A stretch of DNA of 60,274 nucleotides, from the NCBI GenBank assembly GCA_965644295.1, contig CBFFRP010000230.1:1-60274 (forward strand). Reading direction: 5' to 3'. The DNA comes from Paraphysomonas bandaiensis. Its lineage: Eukaryota > Protista > Chrysophyceae. Position numbers and translations under genes: made by a program. The notes beneath the pieces are model-generated. The model was not told where the DNA came from. It did no database searches and saw nothing but the letters and a program-made list of their open reading frames with translations. This document shows positions 12,316 through 26,130 of the stretch, piece after piece (position 1 is the stretch's first letter; every line of letters begins with the position of its first letter).

Positions 12316-12507
12316 CTCATGATTCTATATACTTCAGCTAATCGAATATATTTCGTAGCACTTCATTACACTCTTATAATAGAGTCTCTAGCTATTGTAT
12401 TCGTCACAAGTGGACAAAAATACAAACTTTAATACTACAGCATCGAATGGTTTAACTTCAAGCAAAAACACACACAATAGTATCACCTTGCACGAACAAG
12501 AAGCAGA

Positions 12508-14515
12508 TCACTCATTCAGCATTTTTAGCACATTAGCTACATCTATTTCCATGCTGGCGACAGATTTGTGCAGATTACTTGTTGTCGCAGCAGACTCCGA
12601 AGAAGCGGCTTCGCTTGACTCCTTGTTTTGCTGTTGAATAGACTTGTACTCTTCCATTAGAGCAGAAAGGGCCTTCAGTTGCGTTGTCATTTGAGCATGT
12701 ACATTCTCCATTCCACTTGTAACCATTTCTTCAACAGCACGATCTCTGTGCTCTTTGCGTTGGGCCTGAACTTCACTTACTTCAACTTCTCGCTTGGTAT
12801 CCAATATTACGCCTTGCATGTGCGTACACAGTTTTTTCAGTTCAAGTCTCTCACTGGAGAGAGCGTTGACTTTATCGGTCAATTCAGCATTCGCTTCCTT
12901 TCCACTATCCACCAGTAACTGTAGAGATTCAGATTTCTCTTCATAATTCATTCTCTTTTGCTGTTCCTCTCGTAAGGCAAACTCAGCGGCATCGGCTCGT
13001 TCTTGAACCTTTTCCATGTCATGGCGTATGCTTTCCACAGCTTGTAGCCTTTCGTCATCCTTCAATTGTATTTCAGTGCTCAGGCGCTCTAATTTTTCTT
13101 TCAATTCTAATGTCTCAGCTTCATGCCTTTCAATCAGTTCGTTGTATGTTTCCTGCGAGGACTTCAAATCCAATAGAGTTTTCATCGCACTATTTTCTTG
13201 ATCCTCAAGTCGTTGACGTAAAACATGTGCTTCTTCATCCAACAAGCTCTTTTCTGCTTTCAATGTAGCCACCACGGCCTTTAATTCAGCAATTTCTCCT
13301 TCTTGGTTGGTCACAGTATCCGCGCTCTCGATACACTCTTGTTCTAGCTGTGATTTCTCACTAATTAATCGTTCAATCTCTTTTTCAAGGCGGAAGAAGC
13401 GTATTTCCTCAAGTGACATGCCGTGCATCAGTGCCTCTTCTCCCACAACACCAGCAGTGGGATTACTTTGCGATAATTTCTCGGCAGCTTGTTGCAGTAG
13501 ACACCGACGAAGACTACTCCTATACTTGATATACATATCCCCCTGTATAAATACGTTACCACATGAAATAAGAGCACACAGAATATAATAGTCACAACAT
13601 ATAGTGTGCAATTAAAAGACAACGTATGCATGAATAGCTACGGTTCCTTAAATATACATGTCTTTTCATATATCACTTTTATTGTCGAACAAAACTTCAC
13701 GACAGTTATACCTGGCGTATTGTTGATGTAAATTGTGACATATCCGCAGCACTCAGAACCGTTGTCGCATAAGACAACGATTTCGAGCGAAACCTGGAGT
13801 ATGAGTTGTCCCATAAAAATAATACAACACCATCTTGGGGCACTTCAATAACACCAGATACACTCTCCTCGTGTGAATTGTAGCGCTGATACGCCACTAT
13901 ATCAGTTCCATTCAACTGCACACTGAACCCTATATCCTTGTGTTTAGTACTGAAACTCCATGCAATGTAATCAGAAGATTTCACAATCACTGGAACCTCG
14001 AATGATTTTACTACTGTTTTATCGGAATATTTAGCATCAGCGAATATCATGTCGACTACTGAGTTACCGCCATGGGAAGCAGCATTACCATCTGCATACT
14101 CATAGTCTAGAAAACACCACAAAACGTTCGATTTCAATATTTCTGGGATATCGAGGAGTTTATTAATATACTCAGTAAACAATGGTAATTTCCCCTGTAT
14201 TGTGTCGAGTTGTTCAGTCGATTCCATACTATTCCGCTTCTTTAAACTCTGTCGCCGACCAGAGTTCGATTTTTTATTGGGAGAGACGGGCTCCATACCT
14301 GAGGATCCTTCAAGAGGAAATGTTAGCATATCTGATTTAGGAAATTTCCGTCGCAGGGTTGCATCAAGATCATAGAAAGCTGCTAATGATCGTCGAATCA
14401 TGTAACTATCGTTAGATAGTGTTATGTTAATGGTAAAGGCATATCCGTCCTCTTGCTCTTGTTCCTCATAAGCCTGGACATATGCTGATACACACTTGTG
14501 ATCAATGGATGACAT
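12508..14515 (-). CDS. PX domain + GOLD domain + long coiled-coil protein
   Basis: PX-like IRRSLAAFYDLDATLRRKFP..LWCFLD and GOLD-like WSFSTKHKDIGFSV..FLWDNSYSRFRSKSLSY. Intron approx 13543-13711 joins these to the coiled-coil ORF 12508-13611. Confidence 0.85.
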
Positions 14516-15069
14516 GGGTGGATATGTGTCTATATGTGTTGAGGTGATGTATGGGGTGTGTATGTATGGTATGCCATGTACATGTACATGGAGAGGGAGT
14601 GCATGGAGTATCTTGCTGGTACTCTGCTCTGTATGGATATCTACGCACTGGAGGTGTACATACATACAGGAGTATACACAGCAGCACATACATGTGTGAA
14701 AAATCGGCGATATCAAACATGGGGTCCTTCTGTACAGCAGTATACTGCTGCATGGGATATGCGAAAACCCATAATTTCTATTTTAATTTTGAGAGTTTCC
14801 TTTTAAAAACCGAATATACGTTAAAATCCATATGTTCGAAAGAGAAACTGTCGAATTTTTTCATCAGGCAGTTGAAAAGTACAGACAGCAGTGTATGTAT
14901 ATATATATGCTGTAGCACTGGACTGGACTCTGGACTATAGAGAAGCCCAGTCCACATATATTAATTCATAAACACTGCTATCGAACTAGTCGATAGGTAT
15001 GGTTTCCTCTGGGAGAGATTCTAGACAATTTATTTGCATTAACGCATCGCTGTAGTGTCACGAGTAGAG

Positions 15070-17409
15070 ATGAAAGGGAACTATCCGTTACCACCTGAGC
15101 TCAAGTATGAGTATTATGAGCGAAAGCGATTCGCTGCTACATTCGACAGAATGGATCTGTCGTTGAAGTTTCGATCTGGAGTGAACGGCATTGGCGCTAT
15201 TATAATAAAGTGGACGGATGGTATATATAATCACGATGCTCATGTAAAGAAAATCGAAGAACAGATGGATCTGATTGATCAACTCCGTCAAATATATGAG
15301 AAGGAAAACCGAACATTCAAGAATTGGGATGCTGCATGGATGTCTATCAACACTAAACCAGCTGATTATGAGGAGTACCTTGAGTTGCGTCCATTGGCTC
15401 TCACATTTCATTCGAGAATACAGGATATGCGAGATTCTGGAGAACGTGCTGCTGCAGAAGCGGAATATACACGTTTTATCGAACTGGATAGTTACTGCTC
15501 AAAGATATACGGCGCCGAGGCTGCCCTTAACGCCGCAAGAGATCGGCGAGACGAGGCAAGGAAGAATTTAGTACGTGAAGAGACTAACCTCAATATTTTG
15601 CGTGAGGAGGAGCGCAAGCTTGCAGCGAGAATATCTGATGACCATGTTGTTGCTGATTCCAGAGGAGAATACATATCGGAGCTTTTCCCTAATGTGCATC
15701 TTGGACATATATTGTCTACTATCAATGGGGTACCGGTGGAAGAATTACCTTTCAACCAGGTGCTCGACGTGATAGCTGGATCCCGATCGCCACACAATTG
15801 TGTGTTCCGAAGATACGACTATCGCACAGATCCATTGACTGGGGAGTGGCTGTCGTTGGAGGAATTAAGAGAAAAGGTTAGCTGTTGTAGAGCTACGTTG
15901 CATTTTAGATTTAATCTGTGTTTTTTGTGTGTACAGAAAGTGTTTGTGGAAGACCCGAGAGGGACGGTGCGTATAACATCCAATACTATTACCTTTGCCT
16001 CACTCGAACTGCTCACAGCGCATCCAGTTCATTAAGCTGGCGTCACAGGGAAAATTGGATGCGGTAAAACGGGCTCTACTAAGTGGAGAAGATGTAAACG
16101 CTGTGGACCACTCGGGTTGCACAGCAATGCACGCTGCTGCAGTGGCGGGTCACTTTGACGTAGTGGACTTGCTCATCAAAGCTGGCGGTACGGTGGATGC
16201 CAGAGACAAAAATGTAAGGCGTAGTGTATAGCCACAACAGTGATATTGATTCATTATGTATACAGATGATGACTCCGATGCTCTCGTGCGTACGTCGAAA
16301 GATGCATGACATGATGCGGGTGCTGATAAAGGCGGGTGCGGACAAAACTTGTACTGATAGGATTGTAAGTCGTTTTGCTTTCCCTCTGCACTCCCTAACC
16401 ATAGTACAGAATCGTGGTGGACTGTACTTCGCGGTTAAGAGCGGTGACATTGGTATGGTTCGAAACTTTCTCAAGCTGGAGGGATGTGGGCAGGCAGATA
16501 GTCTGTGGGTGAGTTCGTGTTTCTGTTTAAAGTATTTCCACATCTCCTATAACTTTCATTGTCTACAGGGATGGATTCCACTTCATGTAGCAGCCAATAG
16601 TGGAAATTTACAATTAGTTGAACTATTGTATGAGGAGGGATCATCTATATTCCGTGCTGCGAAAGACGGACGCATACCGGAGCAGGTTGCGCGAGACGCC
16701 GGGCATATCGAGTGTGCTGAGTATCTCCGAGACAAACGGCTTACGGCACCTGCACAGCTGGTTTACCGTATTGAAGGGTCAAATTCAAATATATGGATCG
16801 GTGAACAAGATGCGCTTCACCCCAAGTTTATACACGAAACTGGAATGGATGCTGTTTTGCTTTACACGTCTTCTGACAAAAAACCTAAGAAGACAGCAGC
16901 GTGGATGCAGAGTGACGAGAAAGTGATCAGTTCTGTTGTCGTGCGTGATGGAATTGATGATGAGGATGAAACTGACTCTTCTTGGACAGCTTTCAGTGAT
17001 ACAATGCAGGGTTTGATTGACTTCCTTGTCGGTGCACAGAGGGTAAGTCTATTGTTGCTCAGGTGCTGTGGTAAGTATGCTGCTTGCAGGAAAATAAGCA
17101 CAAAGGAGGCGCTCAGATCCTTATCTGCGACCCAACTGGGTATAGTACCTCGCCGGCTGCCCTGTGTGCATTTCTTCTTCTAAAGTATCAGGTAGATTGT
17201 TATGATTTGGTGACCCTTTCCTTTACTCTATGTGATAGATTAATATAAAGAATGGCGTGGAACTTTGCAAAGTGGCCCGCCCCATTATTGACATGAGTTT
17301 ATCAATGCGTCGAGGGCTTGAGCTGCTTCAGAGAAGGCTTGAGGAGAAGAAGCTGAAGCGATTAAATGACCGAGTCAGAGAATCCCCATCACTGTCTTGT
17401 GCGTTTTGA
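15070..17409 (+). CDS. Coiled-coil + PDZ-like + ankyrin repeats + dual-specificity-phosphatase-like domain, multi-exon; start uncertain
   Basis: PDZ-like VHLGHILSTINGVPV; ankyrin repeats GCTAMHAAA and GWIPLHVAA; DSP-like IWIGEQDA..ILICDPTGYSTS..VARP. Confidence 0.78.
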
Positions 17410-18256
17410 TATTAGCTGGAAGGGGCCAAGGCTCGTGCCTGTGATGCTAGATGGGTATACATATGTACATACTTTATTAGTTGCAAACGAATTTGTGGAA
17501 TATATTGTATACGTTAGAAAGTCTGACTTTGGTTTGTGATTAAAATGCTAGTCATATCAGACGCTGTTTGTAGTAGTATAAAGAGGTGTATGATTTGAAG
17601 ATCTTAACATCGCTATATTTCGATTTCAGCAGGTTACTTAGCGGATTATCTGTTGTCTGGATTAGATTCTAGCCCACCATGTAACCTGGCGAGAGGATAG
17701 AGCTCCACCCCTTAACAAAAGGTTCTCGAAATCGAATCTACATAATGTTTCGGTATGACTCCTGCTAAGATAGTTAAGCATAATTATTCAACGTATTACG
17801 CTATTTGCTATTCAACTATATAATACTAGTGAATTGAGAATACGAGTGTAGGGATCCTATCCTACAACAAAGACTTCATTTAACGATATGTACAATAAAT
17901 TGCTAGAACAAAGAAATTAGTTTATATGATTATATAGGATTGACTGATGATAAACAGATGCTAATGAGAATAGATGTTCACCAAAAGTACAGGAATTAGG
18001 TTCTAAAATGTTTAGGTTAATAATTATAATTCCTTCTTGGAAGTGCGTTGTGTCCAAAAAAGCAAATTTAAGGCTTACTTGAAGAGCAAGGTCAAATCTA
18101 ACAATATATAACAATGACAAGACTCTTAATTACAGGGTCTTACTCGTACGCCATTCACGGCGGTGATTGATATAACCGACAATATTTACTCGTAATCTTG
18201 TAACAACATCAACGACTTATTTTATCATATACTAACAATACATAGACTTTGAAGTT

Positions 18257-18905
18257 TTATTCTGCGTCAGGTAGTGATTCGCCTGCATCCAATAGATTCT
18301 TACGATAACAGGTGTGGCATGTGGGATAATATCTCTCCTCCGCTCCAAGCTGGACTACAGGTCCGCTGACATCAGCTTTTCCATTCACATGTTTCAAATT
18401 GAAAACGGCCTTGGAGTTGCAGAAGTTACATGTAGTCTTGACCTCTTCAATACAATCAGCCAGCTCGAAGAGACTACGCGAGATATTAGTAAATAAGCTT
18501 ACGTTAAAATTCACACTCTTACCGTCGGCTAGCTGGGAACAAATGGGCTCTAAAATCAGTACGCAACCCATAACAAATAACTGGGACATTCCATATTATC
18601 GTTATTTCCCTCAGTTGGTCGATGTGTTTCGGGTGAAGGAATTGACACTCATCAACAAGAACACAGTGAATGTTGCCCATACTCTTAGGGAGAGAGAGCA
18701 AATCAGTAGATTCATTTATCAATATATCTGCCTCTTGTTCTAACCCTGCACGGGATTTAACAACCTCAGTCCCAAACCTGCTATCCATCTCTGGTTTCAT
18801 CAATATACAGTCCTTTCCCTGAGACCTGTAGTTATGAACTACAGCCAACAAGTTGAGTGTTTTCGCGCTAGATACTGCGCCATGTCTGAAATATAATTTT
18901 GGCAT
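18257..18905 (-). CDS. TK1: Thymidine kinase (TK1 type)
   Basis: KLYFRHGAVSSAKT, VLVDECQF, CYGLRTDFR, and Zn ligands CNFC and CHTC. One intron at 18474-18522. Confidence 0.95.
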
Positions 18906-19367
18906 GAGATATTCAATGTGATTATACACAGCAGTGACTGCAGATGCTCTTAACAGATAGATAAGTATGTATGTATGTATGCATGCATCCATGTATTGAA
19001 GCTCTCATGTGATTCGTGTTCAAATATTTGAATTGATAGGTACTTGTTGCCTAAGAGGATATTATCCAATCATATAGTAGAACGAGTGTATGATTTGATA
19101 ATAGGATGTTAAATTTTTGTTTTCAGTCCTTATAAAGTATACGGTGTATACAGCACAGTATACCCCATTAACATCTTCGTTGTCTTCTAGATTCGTCCAA
19201 TCAACTTTAATGCATCCCCACATACATACATACACACATACGCCTGCCTATAGTATACATTCCATATATACTCCACTGCCTACGAGTGTTTAGGTGTGTA
19301 TGCGTGTAGTTATAGATACTAATTAAATAACGGAACCAACACCAGTTCATTATCAATACAGTGTCTC

Positions 19368-22152
19368 ATGCACGGGGTAGTTCGATTAGTAATCCTCTCA
19401 CTGGTCTCTATGAGGGTTGGATTCGCCCTACAGGAGGCTGAGGATGGGTCAGGTGGGCTGTATATGTATAGTAGAGTATATTAAGATAACAATGAGGGTA
19501 TAGTGTGTTTTAACGGGTGTTCCGGTCATGGGGAATGTGTTGACTATAGTTGTCATTGTTTCAATGGATTTCATGGAGACGATTGCAGCGTGAGTAAGTG
19601 GCGATGTATCATAATGCATACTTTACACTGTACTGTGTTGCATAGCTGTGTTATGTAGCTGTGTTCATTGTAATCTACTAATTCGGTGATTGACAGCTTT
19701 TGCTGATGAGAGAAATATCATCCCGATCATGTCTGCCGGTGATTTCAATTTAACTAAGAAGAACTTCACCAGTACTGTCTCTCGTCACAAGTTTATACTA
19801 GTAGGATTTTCATCGTATTCCTGTCTGAAGGTTAGGTTGTGTACTTTTCTGTTCTATGGTGATGATTCTTCACTTTGTAGTGTATTCAAGTGGAGCCAGA
19901 GTATATCAAGATCACCGAGGCCCTCAAAGAGTTAAAGGTCATCGACGAAATGGCAAACTAAAGTTAACATTGTATAATTGTTGTAGATTCCTTTTGCTCG
20001 GGCGAATGTTGATAAGCTGAAATCTCTATCAATTCAGCATGGTGCCGTGGAAATGCCTGCGCTGGTACTTTTCAAGAAGCACAAGCCTCTACTGTATAAA
20101 GGCGCCCACTCGCTGGACCCGGTAATGCGCTACGTGCAGAAACAAGTCGACCCCCCTGCAAGAGAACTTTCATCAGTGAAAGAAACTCTCGCTTTTCTGG
20201 ATTCTCGCTCAGACCGGAGTAACTCCATCTCCACCGTAATGGTCGTGGGATTTTTTTCTGACCACGAAGTGGTAGAGGAGGATGATTTTGAGGAATACAT
20301 GGAAGTTGCAGCGAATAACCAGGGAAATGGGGATGTATACTTTGGTGTGGTGACCGATCCTGATGTCGCGGACTGGTTCCTCATAAACAAGACAATAGAT
20401 CGTACTCCCTCTTTTCTATTGGTACTGACTTACAATCGCTTTTCAATAACACAACTATTTCTTCTGGTTTAATACACTGTATATGGTGTTATATTAACAG
20501 GTGGACGATACTGGTAGCTATCATGCTGTCAATGCAGATGAGTTTTATGGCGAGAACACTGGTCTTGACGAATGGATCAAGCGACAGGCTGTTCCTACTG
20601 TTGGATTGTGAGTTAAGCTGCCTTTATGTGTCTGTCATAATCCCTTCCACAGACTTTCTAATGCTAATTTTGATCTCTACGCCAAAATCGGACTCCCAAT
20701 GCTAATGATGTTTCTGGTATGTAGAAGAAAGTTCTTTCGCAAGTCTGTAATAGGTGTTCTGTGCAGGACCTTACTCATGCCCATGCTACAAGCGACCCAG
20801 GACGAGTTGTGGGTGGAAGATCCGGCGGAATATTGAATGAGATGTTGCTGGAAGAGTACAGACACGCCGCAAAAGTATATCCACCTATCTGGTGATAGTT
20901 ACCGAATGAATTAACTGTTGGTGTGAACAGGACCACATAGGGCGACTTGTATTTGTGTATCTGGATGGTACAAAGCATGAAGATCAAATGCGTTCTGTTG
21001 GACTCTACGGCGGTGCAGCACGGTTACCGTCAATAGCTTTCAACACAAGGGATGGTTCTAAGGTGCGTAATGTAATCAATGAGACAATCGCACACTTAAT
21101 ATTTTACAGATTCCTTTCCCGGAGGAGTTGCCTATCAACCGCGACACTATCCTTCAGTTCTGCGCTGATTTTATAAGCGGAAAGCTAAAGTAGTGCAGTC
21201 GATATTCCTGCTTGCCATGTTTTGCTGAACTGTTTCGTAGGTCGGAGGCAGATGCCAAAGAAATGGCTCGGAAGGCTCTACAGGTAACTCCAAAATTGTC
21301 ATTTTCTATCCTCTTCACATTTCTCTATATAGTCTGCAAGACCTCTAAATACCAAGAACACTGCCACTCGGAAGGCGCGTAAAAAGGCTCCTGAGCAGGT
21401 GCGGGGGGTATCGGAGCAATTCGGTGATGGTGCAGGTGACACACTGCTATATATCTTCTATCTTTTTCCTCATCATCCATAGCTGGGGACACAGACGTGG
21501 TTGTAGTCACCTCGAAAAACTTCATGGATATAGCAATGGATGATTCTAAAGATGTGCTGCTTATGTTTCATTCCACATCGTGTGAATCATGCGCTCATTT
21601 TTCAGTATATTACAAGAGAGTAAGTTTGCGTATCGCCATGTGTCACATTCGTACCTAACACTGTGCACTGCAGATGGCGCAGCGCTTTGCGGACCTGAAA
21701 ATAGAGTCTCTTGTGGTAGCTCGTATGGACGTCAGCAATGACGCTCCACCACCCCATCTTAACCTTCTCGTACATGACCTGCCGTTGCTGGTCTTCCTAC
21801 CTTCAGATGACAAGACTCCGCCGTGGAACTATTACTCTGGGGTCGGCAAAGTACAGACTATGATGAAGTGGGCGCAAAAATTCGCATCGATTCCTTTCGA
21901 CTTACCTAATCTCCCACATTTGAAGGAATCTGACAGAGAATTGTATAAGACACAGGTATGCTGAAGATGAGCACTTTCCTCCGAATATGGTTGTTATGAG
22001 TGTATGCGTAGGTCCGTGAAAGAGAAGAATATTTAGAATCGAAGCGACTAAAGGACGAAGAAGAGATGAGGCAGGAGGAGGAAAGGCGCCAGGAACTCTT
22101 GTCTCAATCGAGTGTGGATAGGGAAGTGTCTGAGGTGGACGGGGAACTGTAG
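19368..22152 (+). CDS. Secretory PDI-like multi-thioredoxin protein with N-terminal EGF-like domain, many introns
   Basis: Signal peptide; CFNGCSGHGECVDYSCHCFNGFHGDDC; thioredoxin-like segments with CLKC (across an intron) and CESC; VVARMDVSND; C-terminus VDGEL*. Confidence 0.82.
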
Positions 22153-22542
22153 TAGAAGTATTAGATGTTGTGATACAGTATCGTGGGAACCATGACCATA
22201 CTATAGCCTAGCTGTTACTGTGATAAAGTAACGCACTATTAATGTATTATTGATGCTATTTTAGCTATTTTATACCGTTTTTATGAAGTAGTGCGGACAA
22301 TTTATTCTGAAAACAAGTTGTCATGTGAACTTACGAACGCAAATATAAAAGAGGAATAAGAAAGATTAGTGTTTTGGCTATTACTTGCCCAGATCGCTAC
22401 GGTTCATACATAGTACATAACGTGCTACTCAATACATACCTGATACCTATATGTTGTCACGTTGTCACAATATTTATTCAAATTAGAAAAATCCTTCATA
22501 CCGGAGGACACCAAATCGATATTCTATATTATTATTGCACAA

Positions 22543-24976
22543 CTACTTTATATTTACAAATCTCATTATCCTATTAAACTGTGCGTGGGCACCTTCTGAG
22601 CTACATATGGATATCACAGCCTGTTTCATTGATGAGCCAGCAGCTTTACCTAACTGCCGTCGCTTTAACGTATACATCACTGGGATATCTTTCGACTGCG
22701 CTTCATCGACTATAGAGTGAATTTTGTTGTCAATTGTGTTGCTCATTTCTGTGTCTGGCGCCAGCAAAATTAATTTCGATCTTCCAGATTTCACAGTGTT
22801 CGCAACCTAATTATTCACACACATGTTAACAAATCAGCATTATAAATTGATGTTATACCTGTCTCATACCCATTACGAATCTCTCTTTTTTCTTGGCATT
22901 GATGGGGTCTCTCTCTTTAACACGCTTTTGAAGAGAACTCAGGATCTGTAACATATCCCGCACCGCCGTATTGATCTCATCAGTGGCATACTAGGATATA
23001 TCCCAGTTAGTGGCAAAAATTACATAATAACATATTACCGGTAATTCCCTGGCAGGAGAAGTGTGAATGGGAAGTTTCCGGATACTGTTACCCTCGTTTT
23101 CTGAAGGGTGAACATCACTAGAAACACTCAGTAGAGCAGGACTCGTAATTGGTCGTCGCGACCACAGTGCTCTTACCCTCTCGCCGCCTATGATGCTTCC
23201 ATCGAAAGCCAGCATTACTTCTCTTGCAATTGCTGCACTCACAAACCCGAGTTCAATTACAGGATTGCAGTACCATCGCTCCAATCCGACTGAAGTTTCC
23301 GATACAAAACTGAGGCCTCGGCAGTAGATTTCGTTGAACTCATCAGATAGACCGAGTAGAGCCAATAAGTCTTTCTTAAGTGACACAATCTCGTCTGGAA
23401 ATGACTCCGCGTCGACCAAATCTTCAACTGACAAATATCCACCCACCAAAAGCACGCACCCACTCGACCGCCGGTACACGGTTATAAATCCTGTACTACT
23501 CTCCGTACCAGTGTTGCGTTGATAAGGAGCTATAATATTTACCACAGGGTCCATATCCATCTTGGAATCAGGATCCGAGACCGTCACACAATCTTGTAAT
23601 GCAATACATTCTTGTAGACCGATTCCCAAAAGTAGCACTTCAGTTCCCTTCGAACATTCCTGTGGAGTTGCTATTACCTGGCACGAATTAAGCGCAGCTG
23701 CCGCACGCAGTAGACCAGCCGAGCTCGTCATAGAGGCATCCGAGTGGGCGGAGGCAACAGTTGCACGACGCTGTAGGTACGACACGATGTCTGCCGGAGA
23801 GTCCAACTGTTGACGAAGAACAACTCTGAGTCCAAGGCTTGCAAAAGCTGACACCGACACAGAGTGCTCGGGTAAGTAGACTCCTTGATCATGAGCATCA
23901 CAGTCACAAAAACGTAACTCCAAACGACGCCCCCCAACAACTTTCCCTTGAAGTTCTCCGTTCACAACTGCAGCTGGTATACCGGAGCATTGTACAACAG
24001 CCAGGGGAAATTCAAACGGTGGCACATCTACAGTTCCTCTCTTCCGAAGAATTTCTGTCATAGTATACTCAGGCTGTTCCTGATGAGGCTTTACGCATAC
24101 CGAAACGGGCCTGCCGTTGGGCTCGCATAGTGTACGAAAATCTAGTAGCGTTTCCCTCGCCTCATCTGGGTCAGACAAATCGTCTTCCTGAACTACCCCC
24201 AATAATGTAACAATATGCATACCCCCGTCCGACCCATCGCTTTTTTCTGGTCCTATCTTCTTTTCGCTAGAATCCGCATTTGATGCTGAAGAGGGGCTAG
24301 GGTCGACACCAAGTAAGCCAGTATGGATTGGATCTCCGCCAAGAACCAATCCGTCAAGTGATGCAGCTGCTGTTGCTGCATCAGCTGTGGTCAAAAAACG
24401 CACCCTCAACTCTGGCGGAGAGTTTCCATCTGCAGGTTCGACATCCATTCCCTCTACACCCCCACAATGTGTCAAGAGCTCACCCGCATCTCGCAGCACC
24501 TCAGCAACTTCATCTTCACACATATCCGCTGACAGTAAGTTGCGAATCCACATGACACGAGAAGAGCCCCCTGATGACGAACTGTCAGCCTTCTTGTCAC
24601 CTCGTATGTACCTCGTAAGTCGCTCCTGTGCGTATATATATATATGACAAGCAACATATACAGTTAGAGTTTACAGTACCATTAATACACGCTTCTTTGT
24701 ACTGGACAGTTTCTTCTTTTTTGTCTTATGAACAACACGCAATTCACTTCCATTCAATCCCGAGTCACGAGTAACTCTCAGCACCTCTTGTTTGACATGA
24801 TTTGATCCATTTGGTTGTGTTTTAGTTGCTTCTGGTCTCTTATTTGATCGCACATGTCCGCTATGAGAGTTAAGCTGAGCCTCTATGACGTCTAATAGAG
24901 CGATGCCATCAGATGCTTTCCTCTTCTTCGACTTCTTTGTCGTCTCCGTTGATTGAGTGTTGCTTTTATCTCCCAT
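22543..24976 (-). CDS. SECISBP2: SECIS-binding protein 2-like (K-rich SID motif + L7Ae domain) with inserted UHM/RRM-like domains, 4 exons
   Basis: Spliced KKKLSSTKKRVLM|ERL resembles the SBP2 K-rich motif. The C-terminal LQKRVKERDPINAKKKERFVMGMRQV..LILLAPD..IPVMYTLKRRQLGKA..AVISI matches the SBP2-type L7Ae region. Confidence 0.85.
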
Positions 24977-26130
24977 GTATACTTCGCATTGATGTATCTA
25001 TATATATATATGTGTGACTCATGGCATGAGATTCATCCACTATGGGATTCAATGCCGTGTGAAGAGTACGTCTATTTTCATACTTTAGTTGTGTAGATGT
25101 GTATAGGTATACCGCCGTATACATACCATACTCTGTATGTGCGTCGAACACACTATATACGCATGATGTAAAGAAAAAATACAAAAGTCAGGAAATTTCC
25201 TATTTTTTACATATTCGATGTATATAAAGCCCACATTTTGAGCTACATATATAATGAAGTTCTCAGTACAGTGGAATCCCTCATAAAGATTCACAGATCA
25301 TGCATACTAATTTTGTGGCTCTATCGAGCTGACTGGCACGAACTCTTCAGTGCCTGGTGATAATAATTTGATATATCGAATGAGCTCTATATCAACCCTA
25401 TGGATATTCGTAGTCAACTGGATACATCAGAGCTGTTACGTCTAACCAGGAAGAGCGATAGATGCGCAGGTTGATATCTAAATGGTAATAGAAGGTCAAG
25501 TGCTTTACATATGAGCTTGATTAGATTCTGAAATATCGACTGAAACTCCCTGACTCAGACCGTCTCGTTCATTCGAAGATTTCATCTACATCACCAAAGA
25601 CTGACCTATTGGACTCTCGTTGCTCGTTTGCTTCTGGTCGACCCATTTCCACTGAAGTGATGTATGCGTCATGACTACTACAACAGTGATACGAGTGTTG
25701 TGATTGTGGTCATGGGGTGAGCTATCTTTATTGTTCCTCGGCAAACCATAATGACGATGTAGACTGAACCTCAATTTTCACTTCTCAACCTATGTGGATC
25801 AGTGAAAATAAGAACTCCATACCATGCAGAACTTAGAGGGGATATAAGTGCGATAAAGTCTCAATCACCAAGACCAGTGTGTGTCTCACAATGGTTACCT
25901 AAATAGTTATCAGAGTTTTTATGATATTACCTAAGTTCTACTAGGATTAAATCTTGCAATATATCAGAGATCAGTGTAGTGAACCGCGCAGACAGACGTA
26001 ATTACTACGTAGTAACTGGTCTTAATTGTGTGTGGAGAATGAAATCGAGAATTAGAAATATGCAAATATGAGGGTACATGAATATTTTCTATATTATCTT
26101 GTTACAACGTTGATATATTCTAATATATCA

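Noticed and set aside
25300-26100. Possible snoRNA cluster or gene divergent from SBP2
   Set aside because: Only partial C/D-like words are present, with no terminal stems or recognisable guides and no credible ORF.
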